A DNA stretch of 38,638 nucleotides from Octopus bimaculoides (taxonomy: Eukaryota), in NCBI RefSeq assembly GCF_001194135.2, contig NC_068983.1, positions 93,548,997-93,587,634 on the forward strand, written 5' to 3'. Shown piece after piece: positions 11,897 to 23,059 of the stretch (within the stretch, counting starts at the first letter, position 1; each line of letters opens with the position of its first letter). The notes below the pieces were generated by a model that saw only the letters and a program-made list of their open reading frames with translations, made no database searches and was not told where the DNA came from. The translations under genes and the position numbers were made by a program.

Positions 11897-12546
11897 TCAC
11901 TATATCTAAATACATGCATGTTATATGGCAGTCTTATTAGCCGCTACTGGGACAATTTTTTGTCTCTCTTACATATATATATTGTGCTTTTCAGCATAAG
12001 AAGTCCATAAGAGATTTTGTCTCAGACAAAATCTTCAGTGTCTGGTCTGTCAATAGTGTATATACATTATGTGTTTCAGTTGCCGATTTTTTTTTGTATT
12101 TTTTATGCATTTTCTTGTATTTGCTGCCGATTAGGTATTCCGCACATGCGCGGTAATTTTTGAAAAATTAGACATATATGCACAAGCCATGTTCTCTATG
12201 GAGTACCTTGTGCATATATGCTGGTCTAGGCTATTTCGCTGATGATAGTTGGCCTTGCAAAATAAATAGTTTGTTTTGCTGAAATAACTTGAAACCTGGT
12301 TCGAAATATAGATGGTAAATGTTTTTATTTTTCATTCCTTTTCGAAATTATCCCAAATTTTGTGGTGTAGAGCTTTGGCTGCTCTTTCTAGCGGGTCAGA
12401 TGTCCTTTTATGGGCATCTCTAATGTGTATTAAATGTACACTGTATTTTACATGAAAATATATAGTCTGTTGACTAATTTTTTCTTGCTACACCACTGGT
12501 AGTAAATTAAATTTCTTAATTTTTTGCTACCTTAAGACTTATTATA

Positions 12547-13482
12547 NNNNNNNNNNNNNNNNNNNNNNNNNNNNNNNNNNNNNNNNNNNNNNNNNNNNNN
12601 NNNNNNNNNNNNNNNNNNNNNNNNNNNNNNNNNNNNNNNNNNNNNNNNNNNNNNNNNNNNNNNNNNNNNNNNNNNNNNNNNNNNNNNNNNNNNNNNNNNN
12701 NNNNNNNNNNNNNNNNNNNNNNNNNNNNNNNNNNNNNNNNNNNNNNNNNNNNNNNNNNNNNNNNNNNNNNNNNNNNNNNNNNNNNNNNNNNNNNNNNNNN
12801 NNNNNNNNNNNNNNNNNNNNNNNNNNNNNNNNNNNNNNNNNNNNNNNNNNNNNNNNNNNNNNNNNNNNNNNNNNNNNNNNNNNNNNNNNNNNNNNNNNNN
12901 NNNNNNNNNNNNNNNNNNNNNNNNNNNNNNNNNNNNNNNNNNNNNNNNNNNNNNNNNNNNNNNNNNNNNNNNNNNNNNNNNNNNNNNNNNNNNNNNNNNN
13001 NNNNNNNNNNNNNNNNNNNNNNNNNNNNNNNNNNNNNNNNNNNNNNNNNNNNNNNNNNNNNNNNNNNNNNNNNNNNNNNNNNNNNNNNNNNNNNNNNNNN
13101 NNNNNNNNNNNNNNNNNNNNNNNNNNNNNNNNNNNNNNNNNNNNNNNNNNNNNNNNNNNNNNNNNNNNNNNNNNNNNNNNNNNNNNNNNNNNNNNNNNNN
13201 NNNNNNNNNNNNNNNNNNNNNNNNNNNNNNNNNNNNNNNNNNNNNNNNNNNNNNNNNNNNNNNNNNNNNNNNNNNNNNNNNNNNNNNNNNNNNNNNNNNN
13301 NNNNNNNNNNNNNNNNNNNNNNNNNNNNNNNNNNNNNNNNNNNNNNNNNNNNNNNNNNNNNNNNNNNNNNNNNNNNNNNNNNNNNNNNNNNNNNNNNNNN
13401 NNNNNNNNNNNNNNNNNNNNNNNNNNNNNNNNNNNNNNNNNNNNNNNNNNNNNNNNNNNNNNNNNNNNNNNNNNNNNNNNNN
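12547..13482. other. Assembly gap (N run)
   Basis: Run of N. Confidence 1.
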
Positions 13483-13929
13483 AAAAAATTTATATATATA
13501 TATATATATATATAGAAGCAACACGGATTTTAAAGGTTATTGCAGTACGCACATTTCATGCTATTCCATCTATTTAAGTAATGCGAGCATTACATTAAAT
13601 GCAAAATGCAGAGCAATCTTCAGCTGCACAAGGATATAGAAATTTACAGCAGAATGGACATATTACTATTGTGGCAACATTTAAAATCTAAGTGGGAAGA
13701 AGAATACATAAAAAAAACCATCTTGACTTAGCCAAGGCTAGCAGGCTAGTAATTAATTCTAGGTAGAATTCTAACTGTCTCTGATTTTATTTGTCTCTTA
13801 TCTAGTGGTTTAAAGTTTAAGGGGTGGAGGGAGGCAATCAATCTTTCACTTTTAAGGAAAGGGAAGGTGTAAGCATTATACATGAATATGGTTATAAAGA
13901 TTTCTCTGGTCATAGTGGCAACCCAATTT

Positions 13930-14835
13930 TAGGTTAGGGTTTTTTTACTACTATCATAATGTAGGGGAATTTAATATTAAGCATCTAGGTCAACAGGGCT
14001 TTTTCTTTAGTCTGAATAATGCATCAGTATTGTTTTACATATACTAAGTATGGAAAACTTATAGATATCAATATTAGCCTAATTATTATGTTAATAATAA
14101 AGATGTAATTAGTTCATACAAAAACCCTGAAGTAGTGTCAATTTTGAATTCAAAAGCTATAGATAAGGTGTGAAGTTTAAGAATTTAATATATATTGGAC
14201 TAAAGAAACTATTTTGAATTATTTAAAAAATTATTTTAAAATTTAAAATTTAAGCTAATATATTTAATAGTATTAGAAAGACACATAAGAGATAAAGTTT
14301 ATTTCTATAATGTAAAGAATTAATATAGGATTTACATAGTTTATAATAATGGGTTTATCAAGGTTTAAGGAACTAATAAAAAGAATGTTAGGAATTAACA
14401 AAGAATTCAATAATAATCCAAGACATCTAATAGAGAACATGATTATGTACTAGTTTAATTATGCTATCTTATATAGTCAAGAACTTGTTTTAAAACTAAC
14501 ATGGGCTAATTAAAGAATATTAATGGAACAAGGATTAGATTTATTTAAGTCAAACTATAGAATAACTATAACACTACCACTACAAACCCTGAAATAATAG
14601 AATAATAAGGATCCTTTTAGAGTCAGGCATTAGATAAAATAAAATATAAAACTTTTCAAGGTTTGAGAACTAATTAAAAACAATAAAAACTTACAAAACC
14701 TCCTATTCTTATAAGCTACATAGGGTAAAAATAATTAAGATACATACTAAGAACTAACAGCAGTAGCAGAAGTAGTGTGAAAATATATACCATCCATGGA
14801 TAGAGTTGAAATCTTAGTTATCACAAGAAGATTGT
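13930..14835 (+). mobile_element. Penelope-like (Neptune-type) RT/linker, heavily decayed
   Basis: Colinear remnants on +: HLGQQGFFFSL (QAFITLKDHK-like), KDVISSYKN, LKNINGTR..LDLFKSNYRITI, NPEIIE**GSF*SQALDKIKYK, KPP..IG*K*LRYI, SVKIY..LSYHKKI. Confidence 0.6.
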
Positions 14836-14959
14836 ATGTTAAGATGAGAGATCAGAAATATATGTTATAAAGGTTCAATTTCAAATTCAAATATGTGCTA
14901 ATTAATAGCCCAAGATGAACATGGTAGAAGTTGAAATACCACATCTTTATAATTTTAAC

Positions 14960-15551
14960 TACTTCTTAAAAAATTTTAAAGTGCAAGTAGAGCAGTATGC
15001 ATACAATACTCTAAGGTCTAATCTATTATTAATTAGGTTAGGATTATTTCTAAGTTTTAAAATTTCATATGTTTTCATAGAACATAATTCACATCCATAT
15101 CTACTATTTCTATAAGGTTGGGCTTTTCTTATAATTTCCCATTTAAGGCTAAAACTAATACCATTATTCTTTAACTCCCAAATTTTGTTTGCTAATGACG
15201 TACTATTTGCCTTATGTTTTAGTCTAAAAGAAGACCTGTGGTTATATATTCTCTGTTTCAGATTAATACTAGATCCTACATAAATATAATTCTTGGTTAT
15301 CGTACTTATTATGCATTTGTAAACTATGTTACGGGTGCGACATCGGCCTAATAACGGACAATGGGACTTATTTCTGAAGTTGCACCTAGTGGAGCTATCA
15401 ACTACACCTATATTATTACTAATATCTCCATTATTGTTGTTACAATTATTTACATTAATATTATTTATCCCATCATCAATTCTACTATTAGGTATATTTT
15501 GATTATTTTCATTACTATTTAACTCATTTTCTAATGTGCTATCAGTTAGAA

Positions 15552-15560
<9 letters not shown>
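14960..15560 (-). mobile_element. Penelope-like (Neptune-type) GIY-YIG endonuclease
   Basis: Minus frame open for about 180 codons: CNFRNKSHCPLLGRCRTRNIVYKC..YIYVGSS..KQRIYNHRSSF..NSTSLANKIWELKNNGISFSLKWEIIRKAQPY..CELC. No start Met, so it is absent from the ORF track. Confidence 0.85.
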
Positions 15561-15582
<22 letters not shown>

Positions 15583-15592
15583 CACAAACATA

Positions 15593-16560
15593 CAAGGGGG
15601 TGTTCATTAAAGATTTTCCCTGACCCACTTTCAGTGATTGCAGGTAAAAGAACTTGTACATGTATAATTATACATGTCTTTACATGTCACATTGTAAATT
15701 GCAGCTTTCCACTAGTATCCCTTTGTCTCTTACGCCTGCTGAAGAGTCGGCAACTAATCCAATAAGTGAAGATAAGTGTAGGGTCCATGGAAAAAAATCA
15801 TTCATGACCATTGGAAGTTGTCTGCACAGTGGATTCCCTGGATGCTCCCACCTTTTCAGGAGCAGGAACAAGTCAATTGCTCCCAGGCTCTTTTGGCAAT
15901 GTGCCAAGAAAACAAGGAGGACTTTTTTGACACACAGGATGAAACATGGGTCCATCAATATGACCCTGACTCTAAAATCCAGTTGAAGCAATGGAAGCAT
16001 GGTAACTCACTACTTCCAAAGAAAGCTTGTGTCCAACCCTCAGCAGGCAAAGTGATGCTCACAGTCCTTTGGGACCAGTACAGAGTAGTGATGATGGATT
16101 TTCTGGCAGTGCACCACAATTAATGGGGCATATTATGTTTCTCTGCTGCAGAAATTGCGGGATGCCATCAACGCAGAGAGGCGTGACATGCTGACCAAAG
16201 GTGCCTGCCTCCTCCAAGAAAATGCCCCACTTCACAATGTGCATGTTGCCCAGATGAAAGCACATTCTTGTGGCTATGAAACCCTTCCTCACCCCCTTAC
16301 TCTCCTGACTTTGCACCATCTGACTTCCATTTCTTTCCAACCATGAAGTCTTTTTTGAAGGGGAAGCACTTATTTCCGAGGTAAAGTCTTGGTTCTAGAC
16401 ACAATCTACCAACTTCTACAGACGAGGTCTTCACAGCTGCATAAAGAAATGAGAGAAGTGTGTGGTGGCTATGCAGAGAAGGACTAATACTTGTACCAAG
16501 TTTTGTTTATCCTAGTCCTTGGGAAGAGGGTCAGGGAAAATCTTTAATGAATATTCCTCA
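15593..16560 (+). mobile_element. Mariner (D,D34D) DNA transposon, internally deleted, with both TIRs and TA TSD
   Basis: TIRs caagggggtgttcattaaagattttccctgaccc (15593-15626) and gggtcagggaaaatctttaatgaatattcctca (16528-16560), flanked by TA. Motifs TQDETWVH, SAGKVMLTVLWD, LLQENA and SPDFAPSDF, with frameshifts. Confidence 0.9.
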
Positions 16561-16718
16561 TACATACATATATACATACATACATACACACATACATACA
16601 TACATACATACATACAAAAATACCCTGTTGATGTTGCTGAAATTTCAATGAAGGAACCTTGAATGTAGGTTAGAAACCAACTCTTTCTCTATTGGCAAGA
16701 AATCTTGAAATAAAACTG

Positions 16719-17836
16719 AACAAGAGTGCAAACCTTCACCAAGGCAACATCAATGTCCTCTCAATGATTAGCTGGAGATGATTTTTAAAATGAGAATATC
16801 TGAAATAAACTCGACTGCTCTCACAAACAAGAATATCTGATAGATGAGAGAATTATATTTACTAAACATTTCACTGAAATCGCAAAATTTCTAAGAAAAC
16901 AGAAAGTCACAAAATATTGCAAATAAGCATGAAAATATTACAAGATTTTGAAGTGAAAATGTCTTGTCTTCAAGATTACTATTTAAACATTTGTAACTTT
17001 TCATTTTTCTAAAAATCTTTTTTCTGTTTAAGAACTAATGGTTTCATAGAAGTTATATGATAGAGAGAATATTATATTGACCAAACATTTCACTGAAATC
17101 ACAAACTTGCTCAGAAAACATAAAATCAGCGTAGTTTGCATATAAGCATGAAAATATTACAGAAGTTTGAAATCAAAATTTCATGTTTTCCAGTTTACTA
17201 TTTACACATTTCAGACTTATCCTTTTTCTCAAAAACACTTTTGAATTAAAAAGTAATGGGTTAATATACGTTATCTGATAGATGAGAAGATTATATTTAC
17301 CAAACATCTCATTGAACTCACAACCTTTCTCAGAAAACACAAAATCAAAAATCACAACCTTTCTCAGAAAACACAAAGTCACAAATGTTTGCAAATAAGC
17401 ATGAAAATATTACAAGATCTTGAAGTGGAAATTTCTTGTCTTCAAGGTTATTATTTAAACATTTGTGATTTTTCATTTTCTCAACCTTTCTCAGAAAACA
17501 CAAACACACAAATGTTTGCAAATGTTACAGAAACTTGAAATGAAAATTTCATGTTTTGCCGTTTACTACTTACACAATTGTGACTTTTCATTTTTCTGAA
17601 CCTGACCACTCTCAAACATTAAGAAAAAAAAAAAAATGGAAAAATAATCCAAAATACTTGTCTGGTACCAGATCGATCCCAGAATCTAATCAGTTCATGC
17701 CAGTCACGAGGCCAAACATCTCTGAAAGTTTCATCCAAATCCATCCAGTAGTTCTTGAGATATATTTTCCATGGGCAAACAAACAAACAAACACAGCTGA
17801 AAACAATACATCTGCTTTCACTAATGCACAGGTAAT
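16719..17836 (-). mobile_element. Helentron-associated non-autonomous element (HINE/DINE-1-like) with central tandem array
   Basis: One end reads aacaagagtgcaaaccttcaccaagg. The other reads aaacaatacatctgctttcactaatgcacaggtaat (decayed subTIR/inverted repeat). This is the AACAAG...hairpin-TAA layout of DINE-1-type elements, with a (CAAA)n tract and tandem repeats inside. Confidence 0.6.
16790..17600. repeat. About 220-bp tandem array (about 3.5 units)
   Basis: The anchor gcatgaaaatattac recurs at about 16927, 17146 and 17399, with a partial fourth unit at about 17520. Confidence 0.85.
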
Positions 17837-18614
17837 AATGACATTCATTTATTCATGCATTTATACATGCATGCATGCATACATACATACATACATACAT
17901 ACATATTGTTCATACTAAAACTATTTTTATCACAATAGTTTCAAAATTCTGTTTCTACAAATAATACTGATAGAGACAAGTTTGAAATGTTGTCTAATCA
18001 CAAGTAAAATACTTTAATGATGCAGAGATGAAAATTACATAGACAAGAAGCAACAATTCTATCAATTGTCATAGTAATAGTCTTAAGGACTGTCAAAATT
18101 TGTGTATCTGTTCATGACATTGCTCCTCATTTGAGATTTATTAATTTACATAAGCAAATAATTTCTTCTAGATTCGAAAGATGGAGCTCTAAAAGAGCAC
18201 CACAAAAAAAGAAAGCAGTTCTTATTGCAATTTCCCTAGACTGATTCCATGGAACTATTTAGCACAAAGACTCAACACAATTTGATAATGATTTGTGAAA
18301 ATGAGGAAATAGTCGAGATAAATTCATAAATTCTTATAGATTCATGTAAGTGAGGTGAACAAATTGGTTTTTCGGTATGAATTGGTCTACAATTTTCTCA
18401 TACTTAAAAATCTTGTTATTTCACTTTCCTTGTGAAAACTTAAAATGTAATCTTCAATAGCTCCATTTATATTTTAATTCATATCTCATTATTTACGCAA
18501 CAATCTCCTAAGCAGACCGAGTGCAGATATCAGTAGCATATGGGAACCGGTATTAAGGAAGGATAGGAAAATATTAGATTTATAAGCCCTAAAATTCACT
18601 CCATAATTTCTCAT

Positions 18615-19080
18615 GGACATATGACATAGTGGTTAAGAGCACGGGCTACTAACCCCAAGATTCTGAGTTCGATTCCAGGCAGTAATCTGAACAACAACAA
18701 GGAATGTAATTTATTCAATTTAAGGTAAACATATTGCTTATAATTTAAAATAAGCAATGAAATGTAAAGAAGGAAATTGTACTTAACATGGTCAGTTTTA
18801 GAGAAGAAAATAACTACTCTAGGCTGCCGAAGATCATCAGAAGGGTTTTGAGCACTTGGAAGCTTATTAAATCATGTGGATATTTAAGGTCACAGCAACA
18901 ACAGCAACACCGAAAAATACCTTAGGAATGAGAATCCAGGTTCGAAATTTCCCCAAGACACCTGATGAAGGCTGGAGGGTATATCAGCTGAAACGTGTTA
19001 ACAACAAACAAGATGAGGACAAATATGCATCAAATGTAAATAATGTACATAATTTCTCATCTCTTAAATATAGAACTGTT
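18615..19080 (+). mobile_element. tRNA-headed SINE-like element containing a hammerhead-like motif
   Basis: A box tagtggttaa (18627-18636), B box gagttcgattcc (18665-18676), (AAC)n linker, then a hammerhead-like core at 18957-18999. Whether 18701-18890 belongs to the element is uncertain. Confidence 0.6.
18957..18999 (+). ncRNA. Minimal type I hammerhead ribozyme-like motif (this copy probably inactive)
   Basis: gacac-CTGATGA-a-GGCTG-gagggtatat-CAGCT-GAAA-CGT-GTT. Both conserved core boxes are present and stem II has 5 bp. The loopless AC/GT stem III overlaps the stem I partner gtgtt, leaving no H17 cleavage nucleotide. Confidence 0.65.
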
Positions 19081-19125
19081 TCATATTTCATATTTATAAA
19101 TATATGTAATCTCTAGAGGTTGTTA

Positions 19126-19692
19126 AAATCACATGATCTGGTAGTTTCGGTGCTGGAGATGGCAAAGATTTATCTCCCCACTAGTGATATATAAACAAGA
19201 GTACATTTTGCACCAAAAGCCAATATGAGAGTCTCTCTCGTGGTATCTACCGCAATATAGTTTGTTCTAACAGAACATCCACATTTAAGTGGGGATAAAC
19301 ATTACCTCTTGGTATTAATGCTGCTTCTGTTGCTAATATATATTTTTTAACAAGCTCATTGGCCAATCACAACACCAGTACCTGTTCTGGCACTGTTATT
19401 CTATGTATAACTGGCAGGAGTTGAATCGTTGCCATTTCTAGCAGTAGAGTATCTATCATTGACAAGACCAAGGAAGTTCAAAATTACGTGATCTAGTGGT
19501 CTTGGTGCTGGAAGTGGTGAGGATTTATCTCACCACTAGCAAAATAAACAAGTTCTGTTTTATACTGAGTACCAACATGTGAGTTTCTCTCATGATAACT
19601 ACCACTGTATAGTTTGTTCTAATAGACCATCCACATTTAAGTGGGAACAAATGTTATCTTGTGGTATTTAATACTGCTTCTGCTGCTAACAG
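19126..19692. repeat. Diverged direct duplication of an about 215-bp unit (19126-19340 and 19481-19692)
   Basis: Shared blocks gatct.gt.gt.t.ggtgctgga, gatttatctc.ccactag, atagtttgttctaa.aga.catccacatttaagtggg and tgcttctg.tgctaa. Confidence 0.85.
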
Positions 19693-20365
19693 ATATGCAG
19701 AAGACAAACAAACATGGCAAATTTAACTACTTCTCCAGGGATTGAAAAGAATAACAACCAGCCTTAATCAATTTTATATCCTTGTGGGAGTCTCACTAGA
19801 GGTATCTACATTATTTGACTATTCCCAGAGAAACAAAAAACAGCCAATCAGTTTTTATACATGACCAATTCAGTAAGTTCAGAGAACAGTGACAGCTAAT
19901 TTGCATACCACAAGTGTTTAAAACTTCATTTAATATCAGTGGCCTGTCAATGAGGATCACAGTCCACACATTAACTAGGCATGATATAATGTATGTAAAC
20001 CTATGTAGTAGATATATGGCAAATTCAACTATTTCTTTATCTTTTTCATATCATATCTATATCAGAAATATATTTATATCATTTCTGTAAGTCTTATATT
20101 GTTATTTATATTACCATCATCATCATTGCTTTAATGTCTACTTTTCTATACTTGCATGGGTTAGATGACAGTATTCTGAAGTTGGACATCCTACCTGTTG
20201 ACAACCTCTGTTTTTTTGGGGGTTTTTTCTAAGTAAGGCAATAATTGCTCAGTCTATTGAATAACAAACAACCTGGACATGATTTCACAGTGGACTGCAA
20301 GCAAATGACACTGTCATTGCTTACAACCAGCGCATACACCTAAATTCAAAGGAAATATAAACTCA

Positions 20366-20405
<40 letters not shown>

Positions 20406-20665
20406 TGCATGGGGGCAATGGATGGACAGATAGATAGACGAATAAACAGATGGAACAACAATTACTATATATAACAGGCATCTTTAATAAAGAAATCTTG
20501 TTGCCAAAGATGTTTGGCTGTAAAATAGTTAAAGTCTTGGTGAGTTTTGTCCCAGTATTTTTAACTACTTCATATAGAAGGGTCATCTCAGGTTTTTATA
20601 TAGCACTGAAGTAGATCTTGATTGCAAATGTAATGCTTATTTATTCACATTGTTTTCAATTAATT

Positions 20666-21590
20666 ATGCATTATCTTGAGTGCATACTCGACAGAGTGTA
20701 AGTATCTTGAGAGAAAAGTTGAACCTAAGAAGCATCAATTGTGGTGTGCAAGAAAGACGATTGCACTGGTATGGACATGTGGCGAGAATGGATGAAGATA
20801 GCTGTGTGAAAAAGTGCCACACCCTAGCGGTTGAGGGAACCCGTGGAAGAGGCAGGCCCAGGAAGACCTGGGAGGAGGTGGTGAAGCATGACCTCTGAAC
20901 ATTAGGCCTCACTGAGGCAATGACTTCTGACCGAGACCTTTGGAAATATGCTGTGCGTGAGAAGGACCGGCAAGCCATGTGAGACCAAAATCCAAGGCTT
21001 CTGCCTGGGATGTAGCCAGCCCACTTATGTGTAACATTCCTTCTTTGGACACTAAACTCCGCTTGCGAAGTCCTGTTGAGGCAAGTGAAATCGAAATCGA
21101 ACTAAATCTGTTGACTGGCACCCATGCCAACTTCTCTTCATTCAACACTAAACTCTGCTTGCGAAGACCTGTTGGGGCAAGCAAAAGCGAATTCGTGATG
21201 GCACCTGTACCAGTAGATCACTAAGAGCACCGTCCAAGCGTGATTGTTGCCAGAGCACCAGCTGTCTGGCTTCTGTGCTGAGGGCACGTAAATAGCACCA
21301 TTTGAGTGTGATCGTTACCAACATCGCCCTCCTGGCACTTGTGCCAGTCGCACATGAAAAGACATTCGAGCGAGGTTGTTGCCAGTACCTCCTGACTGGC
21401 CTTCGTGCCGGTGGCACGTAAAAACACCCACTACACTCTCAGAATGGTTGGTGCTAGGAAGGGCATCCAGCTGTAGAAACTCTGCCAAATCAGATTGGAT
21501 CCTGGTGCAACTACCTGGTTCACCGGTCCTCACTCAAGTCATCCAACCCATGCTAGCATGGAAAGCGGACGTTAAACAATGATGATGATG
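20666..21590 (+). mobile_element. RTE-clade LINE 3' end with long modular 3' UTR and (TGA)n tail
   Basis: ORF 20680-20898 QERRLHWYGHVARMDEDSCVKKCHTLAVEGTRGRGRPRKTWEEVVKHDL. Ends ccaacccatgctagcatggaaagcggacgttaaacaatgatgatgatg. Confidence 0.85.
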
Positions 21591-21954
21591 ATTGTAGGGT
21601 AGGTGCAAGAGGTTGGATCTGGCCAGCTTATACTTAAAACCGGTCAGATATTTGGGCCTTATATGGCTGGTTTAAATGCTAAAGGGTAAAGTAACTTATA
21701 GGTATTATAATACTGCTTATGTTGGTATCAGTGTTGGTGTTGCTATTAATATCACCTATAACTGTAAAGGCAGAATTTCACAAAGTGTAAAACACAGTTA
21801 GTAATCTGGTCTGAATAATTTTAACTTGGGAAGTAAAAGGTGTTGCTCTTATTTAGAACAGAGGAAAATAAAACCAGTTGCTGACTTAGACTAGAAGAGT
21901 CAGCATAATTGTAGAAGAAAACATTCTAAAAGCCATTTTTAAATGGTCCTCTAC

Positions 21955-22964
21955 ATGCATGCCTGATACTGATGGCACTGTATGCTTGAATGAAAGAACT
22001 TGCAGAAGATGGTTTGCAAAATTTAGAAGTAGAGATTTCAGCCTTGATGATGAAGATTGAATAGGACGTCCAGTTGAGTTTGATGATAAGCTCCTTGAGG
22101 CATTACTTGAAGAAAATTCTGCATTATCAGTTGAAGAATTGGCAATAAAGCTTAGTTCAAACCATACAACTGTTCATCGTCATCTTCAACAACTTGGAAA
22201 GGTTCCTAAACTTGGAAAATGGGTGCCACATGAATTGTCCGAAAGCAACCGCAAATCCCGAGTTGACATCTGCTCTTCTCTCCATTCTTGCAAACTCATT
22301 TCACCCATTTTGGATAGACTTGTGACTGGTGACGAAAAATGGATCTTCTATCGAAATGTTAAATGTCGTAAACAGTGGCTTGGTAAAAGGGAAAAAAGCT
22401 CAACCACAACCAAGAAGGGAACTTCATGGGAAAAAGGTTCTTCTCTCTATCTGGTGGGATTGCAAAGGAGTAATTCACTTTGAACTGTAACCACCTAATG
22501 TAACAATCAATGCTCAAGTCTACTGTCAGCAATTAGAGCATTTGAATCAAGCTTTGAAGCAAAAAAGACCAGCTTTAGTAAATCGAAAAGGACAATGCTT
22601 GACTCCACACTGTAAAGATCACATCACAGAAGATCGAAGAGCTTGGTTGGGAAAAAATTCCTCATCCACTTTATTCTCCTGACCTTGCTCCTTCAGACAA
22701 CCATTTGTTTTGTAGTTTACAGAATCATTTGGGGGACATAACTTTCGCAAGCCAGGAGGAGGTCGAAACTGACATTTCAGAGTTCTTCGCTTTGAAACCA
22801 AAAGTATTTTACATTGATGGGATTAAAAAGCTTGTAAATAGATGGAAGGAAATCATAGATAACCAAGGAAAATACATTGATGATTAAGTTTCAATTAAAT
22901 ATAACATTTGATCACTTGTTTTCTTTATTCAAAATTCGGACAGAACTTATGGGATGACCTGATA
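21955..22964 (+). mobile_element. Mariner transposon (Mos1/SETMAR-like), 5'-truncated, decayed
   Basis: ERTCRRWFAKF, GKWVPHELS, LVTGDEKWIFY and YSPDLAPSD motifs. The right TIR-like end is aaattcggacagaacttatgggatgacctgata-TA. No left TIR was found. Confidence 0.88.
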
Positions 22965-23059
22965 TAATATAATATTTCGGAATATAAAAATTCCTTCTTC
23001 AGATATTACTAGGAAGTAATGGTGTCACTGTTTTATTTTTCATTGCAGTAACAATTCTG

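Noticed and set aside
13850-13975. GHSGNPI..H..G reading resembling a viral chymotrypsin-like protease, or an HN..F pPolB exonuclease motif (endogenous virus/Polinton)
   Set aside because: Downstream colinear remnants fit a Penelope RT/linker better, and no other viral or pPolB motifs were found.
14905-14945. Hammerhead-like caagatga..gttgaaatac
   Set aside because: The core is mutated, stem II barely pairs and there is no U16.1/NUH.
16645-16705. aatgaaggaacct..aggttagaaacc hammerhead-like stem
   Set aside because: It lacks CUGA and has unpaired bases between the core and the stem. Probably a small repeat fragment.
18615-18690. Functional tRNA gene
   Set aside because: It has A/B boxes but no convincing acceptor stem or oligo-T terminator, and it runs into an (AAC)n linker. 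It is treated as a SINE head.
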